Source: Tubiluchus corallicola
Taxonomy: Eukaryota; Animalia; Priapulida
DNA: 64,000 nt
Direction: 5' to 3'
Assembly (NCBI GenBank): GCA_030141605.1
Contig: JAQGDQ010000019.1
Location: forward strand, 434,001 to 498,000
Each line of letters opens with the position of its first letter. The stretch's first letter is position 1. The translations under genes and the position numbers were made by a program. Shown in pieces: positions 1 to 11,975 of this stretch. The notes under the pieces were generated by a model. That model saw nothing but the letters and a program-made list of their open reading frames with translations, searched no databases and was not told where the DNA came from.

Positions 1-610
1 CTGGCGATTTCTGTCGAGAATCGATAATTTTGACATAATAAAACATAAAACTGAATTTGTTTTAGAAAAAAGTAACTTTATAATAACGATGGATAGTTCT
101 TGACAATTTACGAATGCATTTTTTACAATAATAATCATCATCATTATTAGCTCCATTAATATCATCATAACATTAAACTAAGTATCTAGTGCTTCAAAGA
201 GAGAAACACGTAGGGCGTATAGCTCTCTCGCCTGCTTACTTAGTGGAAAACAATTATTTGATCAAGACGTAGTGAAATGTATCACCTTCACCTATCTGTG
301 AAGCGAGGCAAAATAAAAAGTGATAGTTATACCTTAAGCAAATGTTGGAATCTCCCAAAAACCGGGCTTATTTCGCTTATTGGCTCTTCTACTAGCTCAG
401 AATAAGATTCTTTTATTTTATCAGATGTATAATAGTTAATAAATTGTTCAACGTGTATTGACATTTTCAATTATTATTATTAAATAAACAAGGAGAACGT
501 ACGTTACCAGTACGATTAACCACTCAATTCGTGTACGACTCGTCCGACTTAGGCTAGCCTATGTACGCCAATTGTCCTACTTCGCCTAGTGTCCTGTTCC
601 GCTCCCAACG
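1..610. mobile_element. Non-autonomous DNA transposon, right part (cut by window start); same family as 38316-40008
   Basis: 1-480 is colinear with 38422-38780 plus 39734-39860 (e.g. GCGATTT.TGTC.AGAATCGATAATT, CTCAGAATAA.ATTC). It ends in the TIR-like TGTCCTACTTCGCCTAGTGTCCTGTTCCGCTCCCAACG. Confidence 0.85.
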
Positions 611-2020
611 ATCATTATGCCCGTGACAAAACAAATCAGCATTCTGTGAGTTGCGATTTCACATTTTTGTTTTTACTTGTGGTACTAAATTCCATTGTTA
701 ACATGGAGTGATATTTAAATGCCAAATTTGGCTCATTGCATTAGCTAGTTCTAAGGTATTTGGAAAAATATGGAAGCTTTTTATCCTTGAATAATTATAA
801 GGTTTATTAATCCTTGTCGACCAAAAATAAGACTTTGTTATGGAAAAATTATGACTGGTGGGGGACTTTGAGAAGATAAGATATTATAAGACGCATTTAT
901 TTCACACATGTGATAGAATACAAATTAGCCACTAATGAAACTATTTTTATAGAAGAAATGTGTGAGGGCAGTGTACAACTATAGGAGTCCTAAAAACACT
1001 GCCCTTATATATTGTTCATTTACAGAATTTATTTTTGGTAGCTTGGCTCAGCGTAAAACAGTTCATCATTAGAAAAATAATATTAGTATATTTTTTATAG
1101 GCCTGTTATATATTTCAAATGCATGTTAATCGATATGAATAATTTTTGGAATAAGATGGATGATAATGATGGGCAAGTAAAATTATGTTTCGAGATCAGT
1201 AAACTCATCCACAAAGGTGTCACAAAAACTAAAGTATAAGAAAAAGCTAATCTTCAATGTGTAATTGCTCGAAATAAATGGTTCAGTTAAAAACAAGAAG
1301 TTCTGTTTAATTTTGAGTATTGATGAGAATGAAATGTAATTAATAGTCATTTGCATTATATCAAGTTTTTATCACTTTTGTAAGTTTTATCACTGAACTT
1401 ACCTCCTTGATTTTGCATTTCCACATGTAATGTTGTTTTAAATGTTGCCTTATTTATGCAACCATGCTTCAGTTTTTAGTTTGAACTCTTCAGCTGTTTC
1501 ATTGGTTTTTGTTTTACCAATTATTTTCATCCCTTGCAGCTGTTCTATTTCCTTATCAAATGTCATACTTTATCATTATTATTTTAATCTCTTCATATCA
1601 ACATTTTTCATAATTTTACTTTTTGTGCTCCATTAAAACTTTTCTTGTCATTCTCCTACCATCAGAATTTGTAAAGTAGTGTAAGAACATTAATTTCCTA
1701 TATTCAACTGTGTTTATCAGGGTTCATGTTCATGTTTTTCCCGTCGTACCCCCATATTGTGTTGTTTTCTTTTGGTCTAACCACTAAATTATTAAGCACA
1801 GCTGGAATACCATTGATTCATGTATTAATAATCTCACTTCCAGTGAGTTATAACCCATATTTCTTCCTTTCCTATAATTAAAGTGTCGATGATCACTCCT
1901 TTCATTCATGACACGTAGACTCCTGGTAAAAAAAATCACAGACTCAACAAGACATCGATGAGTTCATCTAAACTGAGTGCTTACATTAAATGCTCATTCA
2001 TTTTCACAAGTGGTTCACAA

Positions 2021-2447
2021 AATTGTTTGTAGATCTCTATTTCAATAATTATTATATTACTACTGTATAACTATTCTAGAAGAGGGCTTCTGCTGTTCTG
2101 GTGGAGGGCTTGTCATCTTTACAACAGTTACCTTATGTAGTGGTCCCAAACATAACTTTGGCAGTTTCTGTCATTGCGAAAATTAAATACAAGGATAAAT
2201 AACAATGTGCTGACAAAATGAATTTTCTGTTGACAGAATTGTTTGTAGATCTCTACTGCAATAATTATTATTATATCACTACTGTATAAATATTTTAGAG
2301 GAGGGCTTCTGCTGTTCTGGTAGAGGGCTTGTCATCTTTACAACAGTTACCTTATGTAGTGGTACCAAACATAACTTTAGCAGTTTCTGTCAATCCGCGA
2401 ATTAAATACAGGGATAAATAACTATGTGCTGACAAAATGAATTTCCT
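2021..2447. repeat. Direct tandem duplication, two ~217-bp units
   Basis: AATTGTTTGTAGATCTCTA...GAGGGCTTCTGCTGTTCTGGT...GTGCTGACAAAATGAATTT occurs at 2021-2229 and again at 2238-2447 with few substitutions. Confidence 0.95.
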
Positions 2448-2664
2448 GGCAAATATAATGATGCCACAAAAACGTATCCAACAGTTGTTTTTCGTATGAA
2501 GTAATGGCAGAAATACACAGCAAACCGTCGACACTGGGCAATTGACGTCTAACATAATGTCAATCATTTTTGTTGACTGCCCAATCAGAATTGCTGTAAT
2601 AGCTTTTATTTCTTTAACAAATATTTTGTCTGTTCATTCTCTAGTATACTTGTAACAAACTGGC

Positions 2665-3666
2665 ATGGCTGGGACTGTATTACGAAGAAGCAGCATAAAG
2701 CTAAAAGCACTTAGTGCTGGAAATCCAGATTTGAGCATGATATTATCCCAAATAAAAGAAACTCGACAGGTAACAAAATCTTTTGTTAGTGCCCAAGAGT
2801 CAATGTTCAGCGATATTTTAAAGTGGTCTACAAATGAAACTAGCAAAGCAGTAAAGGACATTGCATCACAGCTGGTTGCCCTAAATTCTCTGTGGTGCGA
2901 TTCTCAGAAGCAGTTGTGTGATTCACTAAAGGAATATCAGCAGTCATTTAAAAAGATACTCGAAGCAGAGAAAGAGCTTAGTCAAGCAAAAATAAGAGTT
3001 AACACATGTGAAAAGCAAGAAATTGCAATAAAGAAACAGTTGAAGAAAATGTCCAATTCTAGAAGAACAACTGCAGAAGAACTGCACAATCTAAATGAAA
3101 AACTTGTGGAAGCAGAGAGGTTGAAACATTTGTCCAAAGCTGAACTGGCTGAAAGAGAAAATCAAACAGAAGAGACAAAACTTATCCAGTTTCGCAAAGG
3201 ACTTCTGCAGTTATCAGAAAGCTATGTAGAATTTGGAAATAAGTGTGCGATAGTTTTTACTTCTCAAGGAGATATGTCTTTGCACATTCCTGAGTGCCGC
3301 ACATGTGAGTACAATGGCTTCCATGTAACTCAATCTCTCGTACAGGAAGCAAAGTTAAAAATATCAGAATACAGAAATCCACGAGCAGCAGAACAGAGCA
3401 GAAATGTACCTTCTTCTCCACCACCTCCTTACAATCCAGAGTTTTCTCCAATTCAACGCACTATGTCATTACCGAGGCCAAGATCTCGTAGGAATCACAA
3501 CACACAAGAAATTGCAAGCCACGGACATTACCTTGAACAAGCTCAACAGTCTTATTATTGCCAGTGTCAACGGAATTCGATTCATCAGTATTCCACTAGA
3601 AATAGGAGACATCCTCGAGATAGTAGCTGGGAAAATTGTCACTATAGCCACGCTACCGGTACCTAA
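2665..3666 (+). CDS. BAR-domain protein resembling eisosome Pil1/Lsp1, with a disordered tail carrying a PPxY motif (333 aa, single coding exon)
   Basis: Long ORF with a good start context (GGCATGG). The N-terminal ~210 aa are helical/coiled-coil, with LKWS..VKDIASQL..LKEYQQSFKKILEAEKEL..LNEKLVEAER..YVEFGNKCAIV in the same order and spacing as Pil1/Lsp1 blocks. The tail contains SSPPPPYNP. The gene call is firm; the family call is moderate. Confidence 0.75.
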   Translation: MAGTVLRRSSIKLKALSAGNPDLSMILSQIKETRQVTKSFVSAQESMFSDILKWSTNETSKAVKDIASQLVALNSLWCDSQKQLCDSLKEYQQSFKKILEAEKELSQAKIRVNTCEKQEIAIKKQLKKMSNSRRTTAEELHNLNEKLVEAERLKHLSKAELAERENQTEETKLIQFRKGLLQLSESYVEFGNKCAIVFTSQGDMSLHIPECRTCEYNGFHVTQSLVQEAKLKISEYRNPRAAEQSRNVPSSPPPPYNPEFSPIQRTMSLPRPRSRRNHNTQEIASHGHYLEQAQQSYYCQCQRNSIHQYSTRNRRHPRDSSWENCHYSHATGT

Positions 3667-6511
3667 GCATCTTGCGATGGGTGCTGTGATGTTATTTTTG
3701 CCTGAGCTGCAAGTTACATGTTTAAGCGAGTACTTGGTAATGAGTGTAACTACAGATAATGCAACTAATGTTACATGATCTTTAAAGTGGAACCGAAATC
3801 CTAAAAGTGAAATTGACTGCTGACTCTGTGAAAACGTGGAGTATGGACTATTTGTAGTCAATTAAGTTCTAGTGGCTCGAGTGACTGTGAAGTAATAACT
3901 GTTATCTCATAAACACACCAAACTAAAAATAACTTGATTTTGTTTTATCTTGTAAAAAACTAACGAAGCTAATACTAGATGTCTATTTGCACCAAGCAAG
4001 TGGCTATATAAGGAAGACTTCAGTTGCTGCGGTATTGCCATAATGGTGCAATTACGTATTGTGATAGCTGTACAGAGTCTGTTTTTATGACATTTGTGCA
4101 TCGTGAAAATAAATTTATATATAGCTTTAACTTGCTTTTGCAAATTAACTGAACTGATTATAATAGATTCATACTTACAGCATTGTTTAAATATTTTTAT
4201 TTGCACAATTTTAACTTTGCAACTTCCTTATAGTTTATTCATTTCTACATATGTTTTATTGTGTTTTGTAATGAGCTGTGTTAGCATGCTTGGTACTTGA
4301 AGCAATTTCTTTTTACATATTAGTAGTATATGTATGCGCCACTGTAATAAGACGTTAAACTAGTAAGTGTATTATTATTATTAATGGCTTATTTTGCGTT
4401 TATGTAACATACGTTGAACTCATCAATTATGCAACGCAATTGTCTCGAAGAATTAAATGAATTGAAATTATTAGAAATTTTTTTAAACATTTGTAATATC
4501 TTGTCTGTTGGTATAGAAAATGTACAAAAATATCTAGGTTTTGATATTTTACGTCTAGTCAGAAATTAAACGAACCTTGTAAATTTCAATATAATGGAAT
4601 GATTTGCCTTTTTCTTTTGTCTTTATTTTAAATCGATATTATATAACTAAAAGCATATTATTTTAGCAATACTGACATAGAACCTGTACTCGGCACACAA
4701 AGTATGCCAAATGCTAAAGGAAAACCAGACACCATCTTAAACTATAACTCAAATTAAACTACCCTGTAAAATATTAAAAGAGAACATACTATTTTACAAG
4801 AATGACATACGTGAAAGAATTATCAGTACAGAATGGTAATTTTGCATTCACGTGGTTAGTTCTTCACTGTTACGTGCTTTTTGCTTTTCCCTAATTAGAT
4901 GGGCACTAGCGACTGCATCTCGGAAACAGATGCTGTACTTCCCAGTTCAGTTGTGATATAGTGTTCGCGTTCAAGAGCTCATGCATGGACAAAGTAGTAA
5001 ACTTTAAATCTGAATTTTAAATTCAGAAATTGCGCAGTTTTTGTGTATCACACCAAATGTTGTTCGGTAACACTGTATTTCGATTTTTGCTTTCACCAAC
5101 ACGTGCTGCATGCTCGTGGAATGCTTGTGTTGTTAAAAATTATGTTCTGTTGTGATGTCATCACTTGTTGGGTGTGTCTGCCTTCAAAATGGTGTAGGAT
5201 ATGAAAAATTATCCTGTTTTCTTTTAATAATCCTGAAATGCTTACGAACTTAATAAAATAATAGCAATGTTAATTCAGGTTTTTTAAAAGAGACTTTGAA
5301 CTACACTCATTAGCTGCAAGCTATCAATCATATTTGAATATAATTCATCTTGTGCATAATCTATTCAAGCCAAAATACAAATAACATAATATCCACTCGT
5401 TTAGATTTTTGCATCATTCACTCACTAAAAAGTGCCAAAATTGGCTGAACAATTAAGGCTAAACAATTTTTTATTAAATAAATACTATAAAACTGCAAAC
5501 CTAGGATAAAAGACGGAGTTTCATTTACACATTATGGTAAATAAAAAATCATTGCCTTGCCATTGGCAAGAAAATACAATAGTCAACTTGTTCTAGTGTC
5601 AAATGATAAGCACCACACACGTGTAAAAGCATAATTACTTTACAATGGTTTAATACCTAAAAATCATTAACAAAACATTTATCAAACTTTCTCACTTGAC
5701 TAAATGTACCCTGCAACAGCATAGGCTTATGCCAATCACTTAAGTTCATTTCATTTATGTCGGTCACTTTTGAACTATTTTTCGTATTTAGCTAATCACA
5801 ACCATACATGACTAGTTAGCTAATACAACAAACTGTTGTATAGCACATAATATGGCAAGTTTTCAGTCAAATTAGCAATACTAAAATAGACAAAATAATA
5901 ACAAATAAAAATTACATAACTAGAAATATCACACACTGCAATGTGATGATATTCCAAATATAACAAAACATGTCTTAAGAACTTACAATATATATTTCAC
6001 TGTCTACCTAAAGTTTTCCTGTGCAGAGCAAAAAGAAAAAAAATACCAAAGTGGAAAAACAAAATGATCATTTCTTTAAAAATTAACAAACAAATTAAAC
6101 ATGTATAATAAAAATCAAACTAATAAGCTGAGACCAAATTTCTCTACTGTCATACATTTCATTGTGAAACTAATCTAAACATTTATACATAGCTATAAAC
6201 TGCTACAAACATTGAGAAACCTTCTTCAAGCATGGTATAATCATAATTATCAAAATAGGACTATTCCAAGATCATTCTAAAATAACATTATAATAAAATA
6301 CCTCCCATCTGAAATGTGAAGGTCTAACCTAGCATCCTGTTTACAATAAACTGTTCATGCTTTAGAAAGCTTTAGAAAGAAACTACAAGGACATATATTT
6401 GAGTATAAAATATTATCCATTTTCAATTTATATCAGTTATAAAATTCCTTACAATTCTAACAAAACACACTATTGTACAGACTGACTGGTGACTAGTGAT
6501 CATGCTGTTAC

Positions 6512-8125
6512 CTAGAAAATAGGTAAAGTAGCCTCAATTTTCTTCACTAATACGGCACAACGATCTGACTTAGTACAGTGAGGTTTCAAGTTTACACCGA
6601 CTGATACAACAATACCAGGCATTTCCCTGCTCATGTGAAAAAAACCAACAAGAGCAGCCAAAGCATAATATGCAGTCTGCTCAGGAAGTTCAGAATTAAG
6701 TGTTTGTAGCAGAGCAAATGATAACTCAACAACAATGTCCTCATAGTATGACATCTGATATCTAGAAATATGCAAGGCTAAGTTAGCAGAAGCCTCCACC
6801 AGTGGCTCATAGTCTGCCAGAAGACTAGTGACAACAGCTTTAATGACCAGCTGACTGTTGGTAACTTGCCTAGATCCCAAATCCCAGTCAATGATTGACA
6901 TCAGCCAGTTCACTCCAGACTTACAGTTGCACATATTACACATCATTTTTATAACCTCCACTTGGATTTCTTTATCTAATTTTTCGAAATCGAACACAAA
7001 GGCCATGAAAGCTTTGTTCTTGTCACCCTTCAACATGAGCACTATATCAAGATTCATTACGGCAGGCTGCAAAAGCTTGATTAGATCAATGTGAACAGCT
7101 GGAGGAAGTTCAGAATGAAGAATTTTTCCTATAAGTTGCATGTGTTCATTTGTGACTGACCAAATGCAATCTTCAGTGGACAAAAACTCATGCAACTCAT
7201 CTAATAAATGCAACTCTTCTTCTGTAAATATCTTCATAGCACCATTCTTCACAGCACAATAATGCTGTGTCACATTTATGTCGGTATAGAATATGGCTTC
7301 ACCATACAATGGTTCGTACATGGCATCAACAGGTAATGGACCTATGGGAGAAACTCTGCCCGACGGATCTGGTACAGGCTTGGGTTGCTGTGGGGCAGTA
7401 GACCCAACGGCAGCAGATGATTGCACGACAGACGGCTGTGAAGCATTGCTTGATGAAACTTCCTCGCTTATACCACCTTCAGTAACTGGCGGTGTATCTG
7501 ATTCACTCTGAGCTGTGGCTTCAGGCTCTCTTTCTGATAAAGATGGCTGCTGCTCCTCTTCCCTAGACAGATTTCCTGTGTCCTTGACACCTTTACTCGC
7601 AGATGTTTGTCTCTGAAGATTTGGTGGTGGAGAAGGAGAATTAGATGCTCTGGTCGGAGATGATGGTTCCGCCATTTTTGACAGCGAATCGATAATGGGT
7701 CCTACCATCGCTCCAAAAGGAGTATCTAAAACTTCCCCAGGTAGATCTAGAATATAGCTAGGTACTGCTTGGCCAGTGAGAAACTGAGCAACTTCGTTAG
7801 TGAACTGATTACAATTATGACTCAATAAGTTATAATTCTTCCCATTGTAAGATTCATCAGCCAGTCCATCTAAGTATTCAGCAAATAAATCCCAAGGAAG
7901 GTCAGTAGTCCCCAAATCGTGTACCGTGTCCGGTGCTCCTAAGATTGTTGTTCCAGGAGCACAGCTTTGTATACCTGCTCCTCCGTAGAAAAACTCCTTG
8001 CCATAAACGACGATTCCCGTATGCCAAATACCATCCAACTGCTTACCCAAGAATGCCTGGGACATTGACTTCGCAAGTCCTCTGGACAAATCATAGATAT
8101 GTAGTTTCACACCTACACACGACAT
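6512..8125 (-). CDS. DESI1: DeSI-1-like (PPPDE) desumoylating/deubiquitinating peptidase with an S/P/E-rich linker and a PUL-like helical C-terminal domain (537 aa, intronless)
   Basis: VKLHIYDLSRGLA..GKQLDGIWHTGIVVYGKEFFYG..YNLLSHNCNQF gives the PPPDE catalytic His and Cys. The first ATG is at 8125; the ORF track starts at a TTG three codons upstream. The C-terminal ~260 aa have an ARM-like helical pattern (MMCNMC, ASANLALHI). Confidence 0.9.
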   Translation of the reverse strand: MSCVGVKLHIYDLSRGLAKSMSQAFLGKQLDGIWHTGIVVYGKEFFYGGAGIQSCAPGTTILGAPDTVHDLGTTDLPWDLFAEYLDGLADESYNGKNYNLLSHNCNQFTNEVAQFLTGQAVPSYILDLPGEVLDTPFGAMVGPIIDSLSKMAEPSSPTRASNSPSPPPNLQRQTSASKGVKDTGNLSREEEQQPSLSEREPEATAQSESDTPPVTEGGISEEVSSSNASQPSVVQSSAAVGSTAPQQPKPVPDPSGRVSPIGPLPVDAMYEPLYGEAIFYTDINVTQHYCAVKNGAMKIFTEEELHLLDELHEFLSTEDCIWSVTNEHMQLIGKILHSELPPAVHIDLIKLLQPAVMNLDIVLMLKGDKNKAFMAFVFDFEKLDKEIQVEVIKMMCNMCNCKSGVNWLMSIIDWDLGSRQVTNSQLVIKAVVTSLLADYEPLVEASANLALHISRYQMSYYEDIVVELSFALLQTLNSELPEQTAYYALAALVGFFHMSREMPGIVVSVGVNLKPHCTKSDRCAVLVKKIEATLPIF

Positions 8126-8229
8126 TTCTTGCAACTTATTTCCAATAAACGTACACTACAATATTATATAAAAACTATCAAATAAAATACTATTATACAG
8201 CAGCTTAAAAAAGTGAAATCCAATCCCAC

Positions 8230-8390
8230 ATGCCAGCTTCTGCGGCTTCGCCGAACTACATAATGTCGACTAAGTCGGTAGGGTTGCCAAGCAAGAATAA
8301 CTAGAATACCACTGGGCACTGGCATCAAATGTACCTAAGCTGAGTTTCACCGGTATCGATAATTCACGCAAAAACTACAATTATGTTACA
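8230..8390 (-). promoter_or_regulatory. Probable DeSI promoter region
   Basis: CpG-containing patch directly upstream of the ATG with two AACTACA motifs (about 8254 and 8373), resembling ZNF143/THAP11-type promoter elements. Confidence 0.3.
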
Positions 8391-8989
8391 ATGTTGTGCT
8401 TCTCCGAACTCCAGTACATGCAAGCAATATTATGTAGCTTAGCCAATTTCACGCCACAAATAATTCACGGTAAATATTTCTATACTGAATTCCGATAACA
8501 CACCACAAGTTGTTTCATTCTGAAACATTTTTGCTTACTGCACCACAAACAGCACCAATGTTAACATTATGTATTACCATAAATTCCAAAAAGTAATTTA
8601 TTGAGCTGTGTCTATTTAAATTACTTTCAATTTTCTTTTAAAGGTCGTATTTTAATCTATGCATGCAGTCATAGTCTCTTTATCCTTCATTGTAAAGTTA
8701 TGTATAATAGAAATGGTTTATTGACTAACTCAGTCTAAATTAGTCCTAATTTCATTATGTCTTGTTACATTAATATATAGATAATAGTTACATAATTCTT
8801 CTACAGAGGCCCCATGAACTTATTGTACCTTCTAATATGTAAGGGGAGTGTGTAAATGGCCACTTTATCCTACACTCCTCTCACACAAACTAAATTTGCT
8901 CATTGATAATTACTTTTGTAACTGTGTTTTAGTTTTGCGTGTGAAATAAAATATGATAGTTCATAGTTCTGCTATATTAACAGTACTTT

Positions 8990-9400
8990 ACTATGACTGG
9001 CTCAGGTTATTTCATCCTATCTTGTCCTGTCCTTATTTATCTGTCTTGCAATGCCCTATGCAGCCTGTCTTGCCCCATTCTCGTGGCACCTTGTTCTGTC
9101 CTATAGCTACCCTGCTGGTGTGCCCTGTCCTATTGTGTGCCGCTAGCCTGCAGGACATGCAAACAGCACTTTTTTGCCTTGTCTCATCCTTTGGTATGTA
9201 TTTTCTAAACTGTGCATTATGTTTTGTCCAGTCCAGTCCAATCATGTCATGTCCAGGATATGTCTTGCCCTGCCTCCTGTTGTGGCCTGTTGTTTTCCTG
9301 CACATCATGTGCTGTGCTCACATGCTGTTTGGTTTGTATCCTGCACTCTGTTCCATCCTGTTTGTTTTGCCCGTTTTGCTTTTGTATTGTATGTCTTAAT
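8990..9400. repeat. Degenerate low-complexity (TGTCC/TCCTG-like) tract
   Basis: Repeated TGTCC, CCTGT and TGTCT words; these explain the overlapping Cys/Leu/Pro-rich ORFs. Confidence 0.55.
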
Positions 9401-11829
9401 CTGGCACTTGCCCCATCAGTATGCAGGTTGTAAAGTACAACCTTTTCCTAGGGAGATTCAGAAACAACGAGTACAATTTATGGCACTAAAATATCAGTTC
9501 TTTGAATCTTTTATGCCCTCAAACTATAATTAGAGTGAAACAACACTAAATAGTGTGGGCATGATTGTGATTTTCAACTGGCTGAGCAGTACTTTGGTGC
9601 AACAAATGATTACTGTTTCGTGCTATTACGAGTTCCTTCTAGCAAATTAACTTTGTACTTCCGTAGGAAAAGATTGTTACACTATGCGTCCAAGCTTGTA
9701 TGTCCTATCTAACTGGTTACTGCCAGTCATAATAGTAATTATTTTCCAGTCATTTCGTTCCTGTTCCATCTCTGATCTTTTCTCTGATCTTTGCTTGTGT
9801 TTGTCTGTCTTAATGTTCTCTTCCATTATTCAGTTCAGTTCTACGTTGGCGTCTCTTAACTTTTCCTAACCTAGCTACCCTGTTCCATTCTGTATGTTTT
9901 TTCACTACTCTGATACATCAAATATATTTTGTTTGTACGCCATTGTAACTGCCACTTTATAGTATACTCTATAGTATACAGTTTTTTCTACACCAGTTTC
10001 TTTAGAGTATACCCTGTCCCAACTTGCAAAGCACATATATCTTGTCCTTGTTTGTCATATAGTGTAGTCTAGTGTTTTCCATCCTGTCTAAGCATTTTTA
10101 TAGCCGTTCTTCCTGTTCTTAAACTACCTTGCTTGACGACCATCCCAAGTTGCGTGTAACGTCTTGCATTGTTTTTTCACGCCTCAACCAAACCTCAAGG
10201 ATATTACATACCTTGTCTTACGTTATGTTCTGTACTGTTCCTTTTGATCCATTCTACTAGCAGATTATTTTGCACTGCTTCCTGGTTTACTAGTTATATA
10301 ACGCATTCTATTCAAGGCCGTATTTTATTCAGTGCAAACTGAACTAACCTAATATATGAGCCTGTCAGGTACCATTGTTTGGGACACTGATGTGTCTAGA
10401 TCTCTAATTTACGTCATGTTCTTGCAAGCTTGTGGGCCTAGTGTTGCCTTATCTTATCCCATCCTGTCTTAATTCGGTATGTATTAGGTGTATACAATAT
10501 ACATTGCCGTTTCTTGGCTGCATGGGGGAGCTGTCCTGTACTAGCCGTCATCCAATACTGCGAGAATGGCATACATGGTAACCCTGCAGCGTGTGCTGCC
10601 ACTGATATCACTCCGCAAGCAAATTGAAGGCCCCGTCGCACACATCGGTGATTGGGCAAAATAATACCTAACTAGAAAATTTTAAAAAAAGCTAGCGCAC
10701 CGCAATTTTCATGTATTGCCGATAAACGTTTTGGTCGGGCTTGTTTTGTTTTTGTAATATCTGCAGTTTAACAAAACATTTTTCATTGCAGAACTATATC
10801 TTCAAAATTGGCAAGTGTGTGATTTGGTCATCATTTCCTGTGTGTAGTGGAGTGAAATTGTTTAATGTTTTTGAGTGTTACGTTGTTTTTTGTGATGTTA
10901 TTGGAACGAATATGCGATTTTTTCTCAATAGCAGTTTTTATTATTAGACCTAATGCTAAGTACTGAAGATTTTTGTATTATGTTTAACTGAGTCATTATG
11001 CGTATGGATAAACCTGGATAACACGAAGCAGTAAGCCCAACAGTAACCCTGCTGCTGTAGCATTTCAGTCAGTAACAGTACGTAATTGATTTTGAATTGA
11101 TTTACAATAGGAAATTAACAGTTTGTTTTTACATTTTATGTCCTAGTAATCCTACTAATGAATAAAAAGCAACTTATGATGTCTGCTGATATGCCTGACT
11201 AAGTAAGCAAAATCATTGTTGTATGTATATTTATGTAAGAAATAACGGCGCACTTGCAGTTTAGGTGGTTCTCCTCATACCTTACTACTTTTCTATATGC
11301 CGACACTCCACCTCCTCCCACTCCAAGCTGTCCAACCCAACCTGCCATACTGCAGACTCGTCAAAACTAACTGATTGACTAACTGACTAGCTTAGCTAAT
11401 TAACTAACTAACTAATTAACAATCTTCGTACAGTCACCTTTTTTGTACGGTATGAAGCTTCAAATGAATGTATGTTCCAATATTAATTATTTTCTTGTAT
11501 AAACCGCAATCCTGCTTTTTTGGTTGTGCCGCATTTCGAAAGAGAAAGAAAAGTTACAAAACAATGTCGGTAGAGTACGCCACGTACTGGCACACACATA
11601 TGCTGCAAAATGGCACGCATTGCGAAAACTCGCCCGAAGTTCTTTTTAACTTTTCAGTAAGTTTGCACTTTGGTTCTTTTTTGTCAAACGTTGTGAAGAG
11701 ATTTCCAAAAAAATCGCTCTCTGCTAACTTCTAAATGAAAATATTTCATGAAATCGCTCAATCTTAGTCCGTTCTCGCGACGCTTTTTTCAAAATAAGTA
11801 AATAAGTTTTTCAAAATTATTTTTTATAA

Positions 11830-11975
11830 ATGGGAGGTATGTTTCAACTTTTCTTTACATCAGTGTGCAGATAAATGATGTATCTTTCTATTGTAGCCCT
11901 GCTTTCAGCAATATTTCTGAATTAGGTGATGTGAGAGTGCCTTAAAAAACCACCTAAAGTACAATCTACCCAAAA
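11830..11975 (+). repeat. Dispersed repeat fragment; inverted copy at about 40330-40470
   Basis: TTTCTTTACATCAGTGTGCAGATAAA.GATG.ATCT...AACCACCTAAA.T.CAATCTA is shared with the reverse complement of 40330-40470. Confidence 0.75.

Noticed and set aside
3257-3861. ORFs of 64-130 aa overlapping the BAR gene end
   Set aside because: Shadow or antisense frames with no recognisable motifs.
8953-9533. Cluster of 73-148 aa ORFs
   Set aside because: Produced by a low-complexity TGTCC-type tract; no domain signal.
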